Assembly: GCA_039715015.1 (NCBI GenBank)
Contig: JBDLIE010000005.1
Span: 32,001-96,000 of the forward strand
Direction: 5' to 3'
Source of the DNA: Thermodesulfobacteriota bacterium
Lineage (GTDB): Bacteria; Desulfobacterota; Desulfobulbia; Desulfobulbales; SURF-16
DNA: 64,000 bases
A program made the translations under genes and the position numbers. The first letter of the stretch is position 1. The number at the start of each line of letters is the position of its first letter. The notes beneath the pieces are model-generated. The model saw only the letters and a list, made by a program, of their open reading frames with translations. It did not search any database and was not told where the DNA came from. Shown here in pieces: positions 10,103 to 19,263 of this stretch.

Positions 10103-10690
10103 CTAGTTGTTTATGACCCGGTAATAACGGCCATGGGCACAGCTTTTACAAAGGGTTTTCCCGTCTGTTTCTACTTCGCGGCAATCCTGTACCCAATCAC
10201 CGCATCCGTCACATTGCACCCTTTTTAAAGGGCGGCCAGGCATATCTGCAGGGGGAATGGTGATCTCTACCTCTTCAATCTTAAAGAGCTCATCTTCAGG
10301 CATGACACGGTAGGCCTCAAGCTGTTGTTTATACTTTCCCTCCGCCTCCGGCACATATTTCTTGGCAAGCTCCCGGGATTCCTCCCGTGCGGTAATGCGT
10401 ACGGCTTTACCTGTCTCTAAGTTCACAAAGGTAGCAGCCATGATTCCATAATCCAGCCATTTCAAAGAGCGTTTGCCCAGGGTGCAACCAGTAACTGTCT
10501 GGATGGCATCGGTGGCGCAACGGTCGATTTCAACGAGGACATAAAACTTTTTGCGCTCACTGCCCTTGGGGTCTGAAATATCTATTTCCCTAAGACCAAT
10601 CATCGACATGCGAACGCCGATGACCTGTCCGGCACAGACATGGCCGTGGATGGTGGTGGAGTGTTCAAGAAGTTCTTCGAAAGTCTGCAT
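10103..10690 (-). CDS. FmdE-family protein with C-terminal Zn finger
   Basis: HGHVCAG, EIDRCATDAIQ...GCTLGK, terminal CDGC...CKSC. Confidence 0.88.
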   Translation of the reverse strand: MQTFEELLEHSTTIHGHVCAGQVIGVRMSMIGLREIDISDPKGSERKKFYVLVEIDRCATDAIQTVTGCTLGKRSLKWLDYGIMAATFVNLETGKAVRITAREESRELAKKYVPEAEGKYKQQLEAYRVMPEDELFKIEEVEITIPPADMPGRPLKRVQCDGCGDWVQDCREVETDGKTLCKSCAHGRYYRVINN

Positions 10691-10716
10691 GCTGCCCTCA
10701 TGGTATAAGTTTGTTG

Positions 10717-10746
10717 ATTCCTAGCATGGGCAACGGCAATTGTCAA
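10717..10746 (-). promoter_or_regulatory. sigma70 promoter of the fmdE-family gene
   Basis: TTGACA-17 nt-TAGGAAT preceded by a TG extended -10 element. Confidence 0.5.
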
Positions 10747-11049
10747 AAAGCAATTTGGAATTTGATTAGCATGGAGCTTCAACCAAACATTGATCATCAT
10801 GGCGCATGGTTGCATGAACGGCCTGATTTGTAGGAGCACCCCAAGGGTATTCGAAGTCTTCGCTTATCTCCTGCGGGGCACCCGGCCCTCCGGCATCGTG
10901 TCTCAAGAATGACTGAAGATGAGTGATAATCAAAATTTAGAATGAGATCGTGGCTGTCTCAATACAATCTCTTAAAGCAAGAAGAAGGGGGAAGATTTTC
11001 TGGCCGTGCAGAGAGAAGAGCTCTTTGGCAGTGTTTGTCCTGGTTTTTT

Positions 11050-12240
11050 TTACTCTTCTTTAATGGCCAGTAAAGGCTCAAGGCGGGCTAAACGGATCAC
11101 CGGCAGGGCGGCGCCGGCAAGACAAATCAAAACACCAGCCAGGCATCCCAAGGCGCTGATAATGATGTTTTGGCTCGATGTTAAAGAGGTAGCGCCTAGG
11201 CTGGTGAGGAGATTAAAGTCCTCAGCCAGAAAATAGATGAGATAATGGCCGACAAATATACCCAGGCAGGCACCAATAATACTGATGAAGAATGCCTCAC
11301 TGAGAAAAAGAGAAATGACGTGTGATTTCTGGGCACCAAGGGCGCGTAGGATACCAACCTCACGCCGCCGTTCGTTTGCCAGAGCGGAAAAGGTGGACCA
11401 AGCCAGAAGAATGGCCAGAAGTGATGAGATTAGAATAGTTATGGTGAATACTCGGACAATATCGCGCAAGGTTGTGCGAACATCTGCGCCGATATTACCG
11501 CGGGTCATAATGCCAACACGTGGATTGATATCACGGATTTTTGCCACCACCCGCTCGACATCAAAGCCTTCTTTGACTTTGAGAAAGACAATGGATATCT
11601 GGCCACGTTTATAGCTACCTAAAGCCTCATCAGTGATATCGTCAAGGTCTTCAAGGCGCATGAACAGGCCGTGGTCAAGACCGGTACCGGTGACCTCAAG
11701 ATGATCAACCATCTTTATTTCATTGCCGAAAAGGGCCATTGTGTCGATGAGCCCCAGGTATTCCCAGACATAATTGCCCACATAGACCTCTCCTTTCTTG
11801 AGAGGGGTAGGGGTTTTTATCCATGGTGTAATGACAAAATCTTCGTCTTGATTAAAGGCGATGATTTGGCCTTCGATGATAGAACAGCAACCGGAATCTA
11901 AGGTGTTAAGGTAGACATGGTAGGTGGAGTCGGCGATCTCATCCATTCCCTTTGTTTCATCATAAATCCCTCTATCCATGTAGAAGATCTTTTCCTTGCT
12001 CTCAAGGATGAACTCTTCAGCCATGGACTTTGCCTTGGAGGGCACAATAACAATATCGGCTCCCAGCCGTTTTGTCGCCTGGTCAAGGTCCTCCTGCACA
12101 GCCTGCTTAAAGAGCAGAGCGAAAACGAGAAGGGCCACGAGAAGGGCCACGGCAATAACCAGGACGATATTGCGAAATAATTTACGGGAAAATCCCTTCC
12201 AGGCAACAAGGGGAAGGGGAAGTCGACCAGGGTTGGACAT
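11050..12240 (-). CDS. FtsX/MacB/LolE-type ABC permease
   Basis: RLGADIVIVP, SGCC in the periplasmic loop, NERRREVGILRALGA. Confidence 0.88.
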   Translation of the reverse strand: MSNPGRLPLPLVAWKGFSRKLFRNIVLVIAVALLVALLVFALLFKQAVQEDLDQATKRLGADIVIVPSKAKSMAEEFILESKEKIFYMDRGIYDETKGMDEIADSTYHVYLNTLDSGCCSIIEGQIIAFNQDEDFVITPWIKTPTPLKKGEVYVGNYVWEYLGLIDTMALFGNEIKMVDHLEVTGTGLDHGLFMRLEDLDDITDEALGSYKRGQISIVFLKVKEGFDVERVVAKIRDINPRVGIMTRGNIGADVRTTLRDIVRVFTITILISSLLAILLAWSTFSALANERRREVGILRALGAQKSHVISLFLSEAFFISIIGACLGIFVGHYLIYFLAEDFNLLTSLGATSLTSSQNIIISALGCLAGVLICLAGAALPVIRLARLEPLLAIKEE

Positions 12241-12259
12241 GTGAAGACCTTAAAGTACA

Positions 12260-12297
12260 AATAAAGAAAGGGAGACCTGAGTCTCCCTTTCTTTATT
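12260..12297. terminator. 17-bp perfect hairpin between the propeller gene and the permease
   Basis: aataaagaaagggagac-ctga-gtctccctttctttatt. Confidence 0.7.
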
Positions 12298-12319
12298 CAA
12301 TTATGGTGAAAAGGTTACT

Positions 12320-13468
12320 CTATTTCTTATACTCTGCATCCAAACCACAGAGTACAGCATGAACACCGTCTTCACCAGCGCCAATCTCTTCATCATGGCA
12401 GGCAAGACATACGGAGGTCGCTTTGCCGACGAATTTCTTGGCCTTCACATCATAGAGCTTGAGCTGACCGTCCATCAGATACTCATCTGGAGCAGGCTTA
12501 GTACGATCCTGGCAGTCCTCAGCAAAGATGGCCTTGGTCCTGGAGGTAACGACAACGTACTTGTCATCCGGGGTGAACATGGCGTCATGGGTCTCTTCCA
12601 GAGGAGGCATGGTCTCGGCATCAATGGTTTCCAAGGTGTTGGCATCAATAAGGAACATGATGTCACCGGTGGCATTGGCAATCATGGAAGAATCGTTTGA
12701 CCAGTACTGCCTAAAAGAAATAGTCTTCTTCTTGTTGCCGTCAGCAACGCCAGAGGCAAGGAGCTTTACTTTGCCTTTTTCAAGGGCTTTGGCATCGAGC
12801 ATTTTCAGGTGCAGTTTGCCGACACCGGTGCCGTAGCTGGCAAGAGAGGAGGAATCACTCTCGTTAATTGTGATGAGCATCTTGCTCATGTCTGGAGAGG
12901 TGGTGCCGTGAAAGTATTTATAGGGTACTTTGGGGTCAGCCTCAGAGCCTTCCAGGAAAACACGATGTTTGATCTTGAGATCTTTTTTGGTAAATACATC
13001 GATGTAGGCAGGGTTTGACATGGTGATGGGCATGAAATAATCTTTGGTCTGCCCTGATGCGCAGTACATCTTCTTGGTAACCTTGACTTGCTTCGGGGTG
13101 GGAACATTAACGTCCATGATAACCTCACCGGTGCGCAGATCTGTTTTGCCAACGTGGGTTTTGCCAGTGGCTGGGTCAAGTTTATAGGTAGACCAATACA
13201 TGGTGTTACGGTCTTTATAATCGATACGGGCATCGTGGACTGGATGGGACTCGCCATCACCAATATCAATTTTAGTAAGCTCATTACAGGTAATGGGGGA
13301 CTCTTTAGCTGGGTCTATGGTACAAACGGCCTTGGCAAAATGGCCACCCATGGCTGCTACATAAAAAGTAGCTTCGTAGGTTTTGCCTGCCATGGCGCCA
13401 GTTGCAATTCCTGCAGTGAGAGCAGTAGCGGTTACAGTGCTCAGCAATGCCTTTTTGGAAATCTTCAT
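12320..13468 (-). CDS. Secreted His/Cys-rich beta-propeller-like protein with one CxxCH motif (unknown function)
   Basis: Start re-called to ATG 13468 (GAGGAG RBS upstream); Sec signal MKISKKALLSTVTATALTAGIATGAMA; propeller-like SPDMSK and FTPDDKY turns; VCLACH near the C-terminus. Confidence 0.7.
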   Translation of the reverse strand: MKISKKALLSTVTATALTAGIATGAMAGKTYEATFYVAAMGGHFAKAVCTIDPAKESPITCNELTKIDIGDGESHPVHDARIDYKDRNTMYWSTYKLDPATGKTHVGKTDLRTGEVIMDVNVPTPKQVKVTKKMYCASGQTKDYFMPITMSNPAYIDVFTKKDLKIKHRVFLEGSEADPKVPYKYFHGTTSPDMSKMLITINESDSSSLASYGTGVGKLHLKMLDAKALEKGKVKLLASGVADGNKKKTISFRQYWSNDSSMIANATGDIMFLIDANTLETIDAETMPPLEETHDAMFTPDDKYVVVTSRTKAIFAEDCQDRTKPAPDEYLMDGQLKLYDVKAKKFVGKATSVCLACHDEEIGAGEDGVHAVLCGLDAEYKK

Positions 13469-13656
13469 TTTTTCTCCTCGCTTGAGTGTTGTCGCGATCT
13501 CTGTTGCAATCGCATTAACATTTGGATTCTGGAACAATGTGTCACTGGTAAAGGGATCAGAGAAGCCCTGTAGCAGCAGGTTTTACGCTCTCTTTTAGAC
13601 CTCTTTGGTTTTTCTCCAGTTACAGGAAAATCATGTTGCCAGAAAAAATACTTTGT

Positions 13657-13693
13657 GTGACAATCTGTCCCTAGTGTGACAAATTGTCACACT
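13657..13693. promoter_or_regulatory. Tandem RegA/PrrA-like boxes in a divergent promoter
   Basis: GTGACaatctGTCCC (13657-13671) and GTGACaaattGTCAC (13676-13690), the second inside the palindrome agtgtgacaa-a-ttgtcacact. Confidence 0.55.
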
Positions 13694-13824
13694 GGAAGGT
13701 TCCGAAAATAAATGATTGCGAAAAATTTGCAACAAGAAAAAAGAGAAAAACCCTCCCTTTTCTTGTTTAAAGTTGATTCCTGTTAACGGGGTTATGATCA
13801 GTGGCAGGGGCTGGGAAAATAAAA

Positions 13825-14505
13825 ATGTATATCGAATGTGAAAACCTGAACAAAAAATACAAGTCTGAAGGGGCTGTTTTAACAGCAGTTGATCAAGTCA
13901 ATCTTCAGGTGAACAAAGGGGAGTTCGTCGTCATCTTGGGTCATTCCGGTTCTGGAAAGACGACGCTTCTATCATTAATTGGCGGATTAACCAAGCCCGA
14001 TGGCGGCACGGTTAGAATCGACAATATTGATAATTGGCAGCAGGCTGATGATGAGCTTGCTGTGATGCGCAATAAGAAGATCGGCTTTATTTTTCAATTT
14101 GCCAGTCTTATCCCCACCCTGACTGTTCTCGAGAATATTCTTTTACCTCTTTCCTTCACAAGCGACCCGCAAGGGGACAGGCAATATGCATTGGACCTTC
14201 TGGAGAGAGTCGGCCTCAGTGGCCGGCAGGATGATCTTCCCGGCCAATTGTCAGGCGGCCAGCAACGCCGTGTCGCCATTGCCCGTTCTTTTATAAATCG
14301 CCCAGATATTATTTTAGCAGACGAACCCACAGGTGATCTGGATGAAGAGACTGAGAAAGAAATTCTTGCCATTTTTAAGGATTTTAATAAACAGGGGATC
14401 ACTTTTCTTGTTGTAAGCCATAATAAAGATCTGGCTCTCAGTCAGGACAGACCGCGTATGTTAACCATGAAAAACGGCTCTTTAGCTGAGACTTCTTCTC
14501 CATGA
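13825..14505 (+). CDS. LolD/MacB-type ABC ATP-binding protein
   Basis: GHSGSGKT, LSGGQQRRVAIAR, ADEPTGDLD; start re-called to ATG 13825. Confidence 0.92.
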   Translation: MYIECENLNKKYKSEGAVLTAVDQVNLQVNKGEFVVILGHSGSGKTTLLSLIGGLTKPDGGTVRIDNIDNWQQADDELAVMRNKKIGFIFQFASLIPTLTVLENILLPLSFTSDPQGDRQYALDLLERVGLSGRQDDLPGQLSGGQQRRVAIARSFINRPDIILADEPTGDLDEETEKEILAIFKDFNKQGITFLVVSHNKDLALSQDRPRMLTMKNGSLAETSSP

Positions 14506-14996
14506 AAAAACTTTTTTTATTGTGCACCCTGTTGCTATGTTTAGCCGCTTGCGGGCAGTCCCAACAGGCTCCAGAGCTGCAGGTCGGTGGACCAGCTCCT
14601 GGATTTTCCGGCCTTGATATTTCAGGTAATTCCTTTGACCTGGCTGATTTTTCTGGAAAGCCGGTTATTATTCGTTTTTGGTCAACTGAGTGTAATTACT
14701 GCCGGGCAGACACCCCTGTTTTTAATAAGTTGTACGCGAAATATCACGACAAGGGCCTACAAATTGCTTATATTAATACATTGTCAAGTTTGCCCCAGGT
14801 TAAAGAGTTTGTTGCTGATCTTGCTATTACATTCCCTGTCCTCATGGACGAGGATGGAACCATGGCGCGTAGCTACCAGGTGAAGCTTGTTCCCCAAACA
14901 ATAATTATCGATAAAAAACACAACATTGCTGCTGCTATTCTTGGCGGTGTCAGTGAAAAGGAAGTTATGGATTTGCTTCAGGAGGATTTGAAATAA
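14502..14996 (+). CDS. TlpA/ResA-like thiol-disulfide oxidoreductase lipoprotein
   Basis: Lipobox LAAC; FWSTECNYC (CxxC); VPQTIIID. Confidence 0.88.
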   Translation: MKKLFLLCTLLLCLAACGQSQQAPELQVGGPAPGFSGLDISGNSFDLADFSGKPVIIRFWSTECNYCRADTPVFNKLYAKYHDKGLQIAYINTLSSLPQVKEFVADLAITFPVLMDEDGTMARSYQVKLVPQTIIIDKKHNIAAAILGGVSEKEVMDLLQEDLK

Positions 14997-14997
14997 A

Positions 14998-15501
14998 ATG
15001 AGAACTTTGAAAAACATCTTTGTGGTCCTGTGTCTTGCTTTCTTGGCCTCTTCTGCTGTTGCCGTTGCCGAACCATTAGAAAATATTGCCGATGATAGCC
15101 GTTGCAATGTCTGTGGTATGTTTGTTGCCAAGTATCCCAATTGGCTCACCCAGGTTCATAGAGCCGATGGACAGGTTTCCCTTTTTGACGGGGTCAAGGA
15201 TATGATGGTCTTTTATTTCAACCCAGAGAAATATGGTGCCAAGGCAGACACTTTAAAGGATATTTGGGTAAAAGATTATTACACCATGAATTGGCTTGAT
15301 GGCCGTAAAGCCCTCTACGTTGTTGGTAGTGATGTTCATGGCCCCATGGGCCACGAATTCATCCCCTTTGCCAGTCATGAAGCAGCGGCATCTTTCTTAA
15401 AAGATCATTCTGGTAAAGCCATCCTTGCCTTTGATGATATTACCTCTGAAAAGGTGGAATCCATGCGCATGGGTATGAAGATGAAAATGAAGATGAAATA
15501 G
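14998..15501 (+). CDS. nosL: NosL-family copper chaperone
   Basis: Signal peptide; RCNVCGM, FDGVKD, VVGSDVHGPMG; Met-rich tail. Confidence 0.85.
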   Translation: MRTLKNIFVVLCLAFLASSAVAVAEPLENIADDSRCNVCGMFVAKYPNWLTQVHRADGQVSLFDGVKDMMVFYFNPEKYGAKADTLKDIWVKDYYTMNWLDGRKALYVVGSDVHGPMGHEFIPFASHEAAASFLKDHSGKAILAFDDITSEKVESMRMGMKMKMKMK

Positions 15502-15527
15502 AGTGCAGCCATCATCTCCATCTTCCT

Positions 15528-15812
15528 GTGCTCTTAATGCGTCCATCCTCCCTTTTTTTCTTTGTTCTTTTCGCCCTGGCCGTTACTACTGTAACGCTAG
15601 CGGCCCATGGCCGTCATCGTGCCCTTAAGGAGAAGGACGCATATTTTGTGCGCGATAGCCTGACCAGAGAACTTGGTTTAACCGACCTATGTCTGGCCAC
15701 CGAAGCTCGTTACACCAGACATCCTGCCCTGAGTGATGATCTTGCCCCTTTTATGGATTATCCAGCAGCCCTGGAGCATTTTCCCTCAGGTCTCTTCTGG
15801 GCGCCCAAATGA
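15528..15812 (+). CDS. Small hypothetical membrane-anchored protein
   Basis: N-terminal hydrophobic helix; LGLTDLCLATEARYTRHP; stop overlaps the next start (ATGA). Confidence 0.6.
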   Translation: MLLMRPSSLFFFVLFALAVTTVTLAAHGRHRALKEKDAYFVRDSLTRELGLTDLCLATEARYTRHPALSDDLAPFMDYPAALEHFPSGLFWAPK

Positions 15813-16990
15813 AAGAATTCCTTGAAAAACAGACCAATATTCTTGATTATGCCCTGGCTTCGCTCTGGCGCCGGAAGGGGAAGAATCTTAGTGTTTTTTG
15901 TGTCTTTACCCTGGTTATCTTTCTCTTAGCCTCTTTCCAGTTTTTAACACGATCTCTGTTGGTGTCTGCTGCTGATACTTTGCAGCAGACACCCGAAATC
16001 ACCGTCCAACGCATGGTTGCCGGTCGTCAGGAAACAATCCCTGTTGCCTATGGTGAAAAGATTAAAGCAATCTTCGGGGTGACTAGGGTCAGTGAAAGAG
16101 TGTGGGGCTATAAATTTAACGAAGTAACCGGCGCCAACCTTACTGTGATGGCTCTTGCCGACTTTTCCAAAGACAATCAGGCTGCTCTTGCTGAGGGGCG
16201 TTTTTTGGTTCAGGGAGATGCTGGCCAGGCCCTTATTGGTCAAGGGGTTTTAAAAGATCTGGGTTTGGGGAAACGGCGCAGCTTTTCTTTTTTTAGACCA
16301 GATCTCACCCTGAAATCGTTTTCAGTCAGCGGTATTTTTGCTCCTGCAACCGATATACTGACCTATGATTTGGTTGTCATGAATATCGGCGATGGCCGTG
16401 ATCTTTTCGGACTCCAGCCTGATGTGGCCACTGATCTTCTTGTCGAAGTTGGAAACCCTGTGGAGATTGATACCATTGCTAAGAAAATCTCAACGATCTT
16501 GCCAGATACCAGAGTGGTTACCCGTCCGCAGATTTTAATGACATACCAGGCTGTTTTTAGCTGGCGTTCAGGTTTTGCTTCAGTGTGTCTGTTAACAGCT
16601 CTTGCTGCCTTTATTATCTTGGCCTGGGACAAGGCCTCCGGCATGTCGCCTGAAGAACGGCGGGAAATTTCTATTCTGAAAATCCTTGGTTGGCAGACCC
16701 CTGATGTTTTAGCAGTTCGGTTCTGGGAAAGTTTTGCCATGGCACTGGTTGCCTTTGTCTCTGGTAATATTCTGGCCTATATCCATATTGGTTATTTCCA
16801 TGCAGCCCTTTTTCGTTCGGTGATGATGGGTTGGTCTGTGCTCCGTCCCACTCTTGATATTGTTCCGGCTGTATATTCTACGGACCTTTTCTTGCTCTTT
16901 TCTCTCTCCGTGCTTCCTTATTTGGCAGCCACGGTAATCCCTGCCTGGCGCTGTGCCTCAGTTGCCACTGATTCTGCGCTGAGGGGGTAA
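15809..16990 (+). CDS. FtsX/LolE-type ABC permease
   Basis: One plus three TM topology; EERREISILKILGW. Confidence 0.85.
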   Translation: MKEFLEKQTNILDYALASLWRRKGKNLSVFCVFTLVIFLLASFQFLTRSLLVSAADTLQQTPEITVQRMVAGRQETIPVAYGEKIKAIFGVTRVSERVWGYKFNEVTGANLTVMALADFSKDNQAALAEGRFLVQGDAGQALIGQGVLKDLGLGKRRSFSFFRPDLTLKSFSVSGIFAPATDILTYDLVVMNIGDGRDLFGLQPDVATDLLVEVGNPVEIDTIAKKISTILPDTRVVTRPQILMTYQAVFSWRSGFASVCLLTALAAFIILAWDKASGMSPEERREISILKILGWQTPDVLAVRFWESFAMALVAFVSGNILAYIHIGYFHAALFRSVMMGWSVLRPTLDIVPAVYSTDLFLLFSLSVLPYLAATVIPAWRCASVATDSALRG

Positions 16991-16994
16991 GTTC

Positions 16995-17678
16995 ATGATT
17001 GTTGAGCTCGAGGATATTGTTAAGATTTATAACCAGGGTGAGGCTAATGAAGTAACGGCCCTTGAGCAGGTTGATCTCACCATTGAGCATGGCTCCATGG
17101 TCTGTCTCAAGGGGCCCAGTGGCTCGGGGAAATCGACACTGCTTTCCATTATTGGCTGTATTTATCCGCCTACCAGCGGCAGGGCCGTTATAGGCGGCAA
17201 GCAGTTGTCACGTCTGCCAGATCGTTTTTTGACCATCCACCGCCGGCAGACCATCGGCTTTATCTTTCAACAATTCAATATTTTGCCGAAGCTTTCTGTT
17301 TTTGAGAATATTGTTCTGCCTCTTCTGCCTTTGGGGGTCTCTCCTGCAAAGCGAAGAGCCATGGCTGAACCTCTGCTTGAACGTTTTGCCATTAAGCATC
17401 GTCAGAATTTTCCTGCCGGCTCTATTTCTGGCGGTGAACTGCAAAGAGTCGCAATTGCCAGGGCCTTAATTAATAATCCGCCTATCATCATTGCCGATGA
17501 ACCCACAGCACATCTTGATAGCAACCTTACCAGGGGTTTTCTGCAAACAATGATGGAGCTGAAGGAGGAGGGGAAAACCATCATTATTGCCTCCCACGAC
17601 CCGCTTGTCACCGAAGATGCCAGAGTGGACAAGATGTTTAATGTTCTGGATGGCAGGGTGAGCCAGGATGTTTCTTAA
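16995..17678 (+). CDS. LolD-type ABC ATP-binding protein
   Basis: GPSGSGKS, ISGGELQRVAIARAL, ADEPTAHLD. Confidence 0.92.
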   Translation: MIVELEDIVKIYNQGEANEVTALEQVDLTIEHGSMVCLKGPSGSGKSTLLSIIGCIYPPTSGRAVIGGKQLSRLPDRFLTIHRRQTIGFIFQQFNILPKLSVFENIVLPLLPLGVSPAKRRAMAEPLLERFAIKHRQNFPAGSISGGELQRVAIARALINNPPIIIADEPTAHLDSNLTRGFLQTMMELKEEGKTIIIASHDPLVTEDARVDKMFNVLDGRVSQDVS

Positions 17679-18678
17679 CCCATGGAGTCTAGCCCTGTGT
17701 CTGCTTAGCGGACTCAGTATCTTTTTGATTGGGGTGGCCTGTAAAACGGCGATCAGGGTCATCCGCCAGTGGAACCCGGCCGCTGATAGCCAACAACAGA
17801 TTGAGCTTGAATCGGAGATTTGGCTGTCATCCACCCTGGTCCAGTATGGGCTTGGCTTTCAGATTATTTCCATGTTTCTCTACGTTCTGGCTGCAGATTC
17901 TTTTGCCCAGATGCTTTCCGGGGCCATGTGTGCCACCGGGTCTCTGCTGGCCAACGATTATGGCATTCCGCTTCTTGTTGTCAAAATTGCCGGCATGTTC
18001 CTGTACGGCTTGTGGATTGTTCTTCATCAGCTCGATATCAGCAGTGAGGAGTATCCTTTAGTACGGGTTAAATATGTCCTCCTTCTTTTTTTGCTGCCGC
18101 TGCTTGTCAGTGACACAGTCCTGTTGATTCTCTACCTGGCTGGATTGGAACCAGATATCATTACATCGTGCTGTGCAATTATTTTTGATGAAGGGGCCGG
18201 GGGCACGGTTCAGAATCTTTTCGGTGGACGGGGAGGGGAGGGGAGTTTGGCCTTTTATTACGGCTGGGCGATGCTTCTTTTCTGTCTTGGTTTTCTTGCC
18301 TGGTGGTGGCAGAAATTGGCCGCTTATCTTATCTACGGGATTGGTGTTGCCTTTTTTGGTGTTCTGGCACTGGAGACTCTCATCACTGTATTTTCATCGT
18401 ATATATACGCCATGCCCTTCCATAATTGCCCTTTTTGCATACTGAAGAAAGAGTATGGATATATTGGTTTTTTTATCTACATCCCCCTCTTTGTTGCTGT
18501 TTTCTGTGGCATCACTCCCATGCTTCTTGAGCCGTGTAAAAGAAAGAGTTCCATTGCCAGTACAGTAGCAACCATGCAGAAAAAACTTGTGGTTGTCTCC
18601 CTGGCCTCTCTGGCATTTTATGTCACCCTCTCGTCCTATCATTATCTTGCCTATACCCTGTTGGGAGGGGAGGGGTAG
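17668..18678 (+). CDS. Polytopic membrane protein with Cys motifs (unknown function)
   Basis: About eight hydrophobic segments; GAMCATG, TSCC, HNCPFC. Confidence 0.75.
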   Translation: MFLNPWSLALCLLSGLSIFLIGVACKTAIRVIRQWNPAADSQQQIELESEIWLSSTLVQYGLGFQIISMFLYVLAADSFAQMLSGAMCATGSLLANDYGIPLLVVKIAGMFLYGLWIVLHQLDISSEEYPLVRVKYVLLLFLLPLLVSDTVLLILYLAGLEPDIITSCCAIIFDEGAGGTVQNLFGGRGGEGSLAFYYGWAMLLFCLGFLAWWWQKLAAYLIYGIGVAFFGVLALETLITVFSSYIYAMPFHNCPFCILKKEYGYIGFFIYIPLFVAVFCGITPMLLEPCKRKSSIASTVATMQKKLVVVSLASLAFYVTLSSYHYLAYTLLGGEG

Positions 18679-18730
18679 GCGAGGCTAAAGGGCTGGCTGT
18701 AAAGACGATGAGTACTTGGGGTACCAAGTA

Positions 18731-19258
18731 TCAGAGGGTGGGGGGGAATTTTTGGAGTTTGCGCTGCAGGGTGCGGCGATGAATACCCAGCTTCTTAGCG
18801 GCCTGTGAAATATTATTGTTGCAGTCGCTTAAAACACGGCTGATATGCTCCCACTCAACCCGGGCAAGGGATGGAGCACTGATGCTGTCATCTTCCATTT
18901 CACGGAGATCTTCCGATTCAAAGGCAGCTATAATATCTTCAACTTCAGCAGGTTTGGTGAGATAGCCGATTGCTCCAAGCTTAATCGCCTTGGTGGCTGT
19001 GGCAATGGAGCCATAACCCGTCAAAACTACGGCTCGTAGATCGGGGTGGTGCCGCATGCCAGTCCGGATGACGTCAAGTCCTGACTTCCCTTCCATCTTG
19101 AGATCCACAACGGCAAAGGCGGGCTTGTGTCGCGCAATGATCTCCACAGCCCCGATGTAGTTACTCGCAGTCTCTACGTCGAAGCCACGGCGCTCTAGGG
19201 CCTTGGATAAACGGTTCCGGAAAATATCCTCGTCATCAACAAGTAAAATGGTCGGCAT
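18731..19258 (-). CDS. regA: RegA/PrrA/ActR-family response regulator
   Basis: VVLTGYGSIATA, SLARVEWEHI, NISQAAKKLGIHRRTLQRKL. Confidence 0.92.
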   Translation of the reverse strand: MPTILLVDDEDIFRNRLSKALERRGFDVETASNYIGAVEIIARHKPAFAVVDLKMEGKSGLDVIRTGMRHHPDLRAVVLTGYGSIATATKAIKLGAIGYLTKPAEVEDIIAAFESEDLREMEDDSISAPSLARVEWEHISRVLSDCNNNISQAAKKLGIHRRTLQRKLQKFPPTL

Positions 19259-19263
19259 GGTTC

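Noticed and set aside
13675..13691. CRP/FNR or Rex site (TGTGA...TCACA)
   Set aside because: The spacer is 7 nt rather than 6 and it lacks the Rex TTGTGAA arms; it fits the repeated RegA-like motif better
14998..15501. nosL as evidence of N2O respiration
   Set aside because: No nosZ, nosD or nosR in the window
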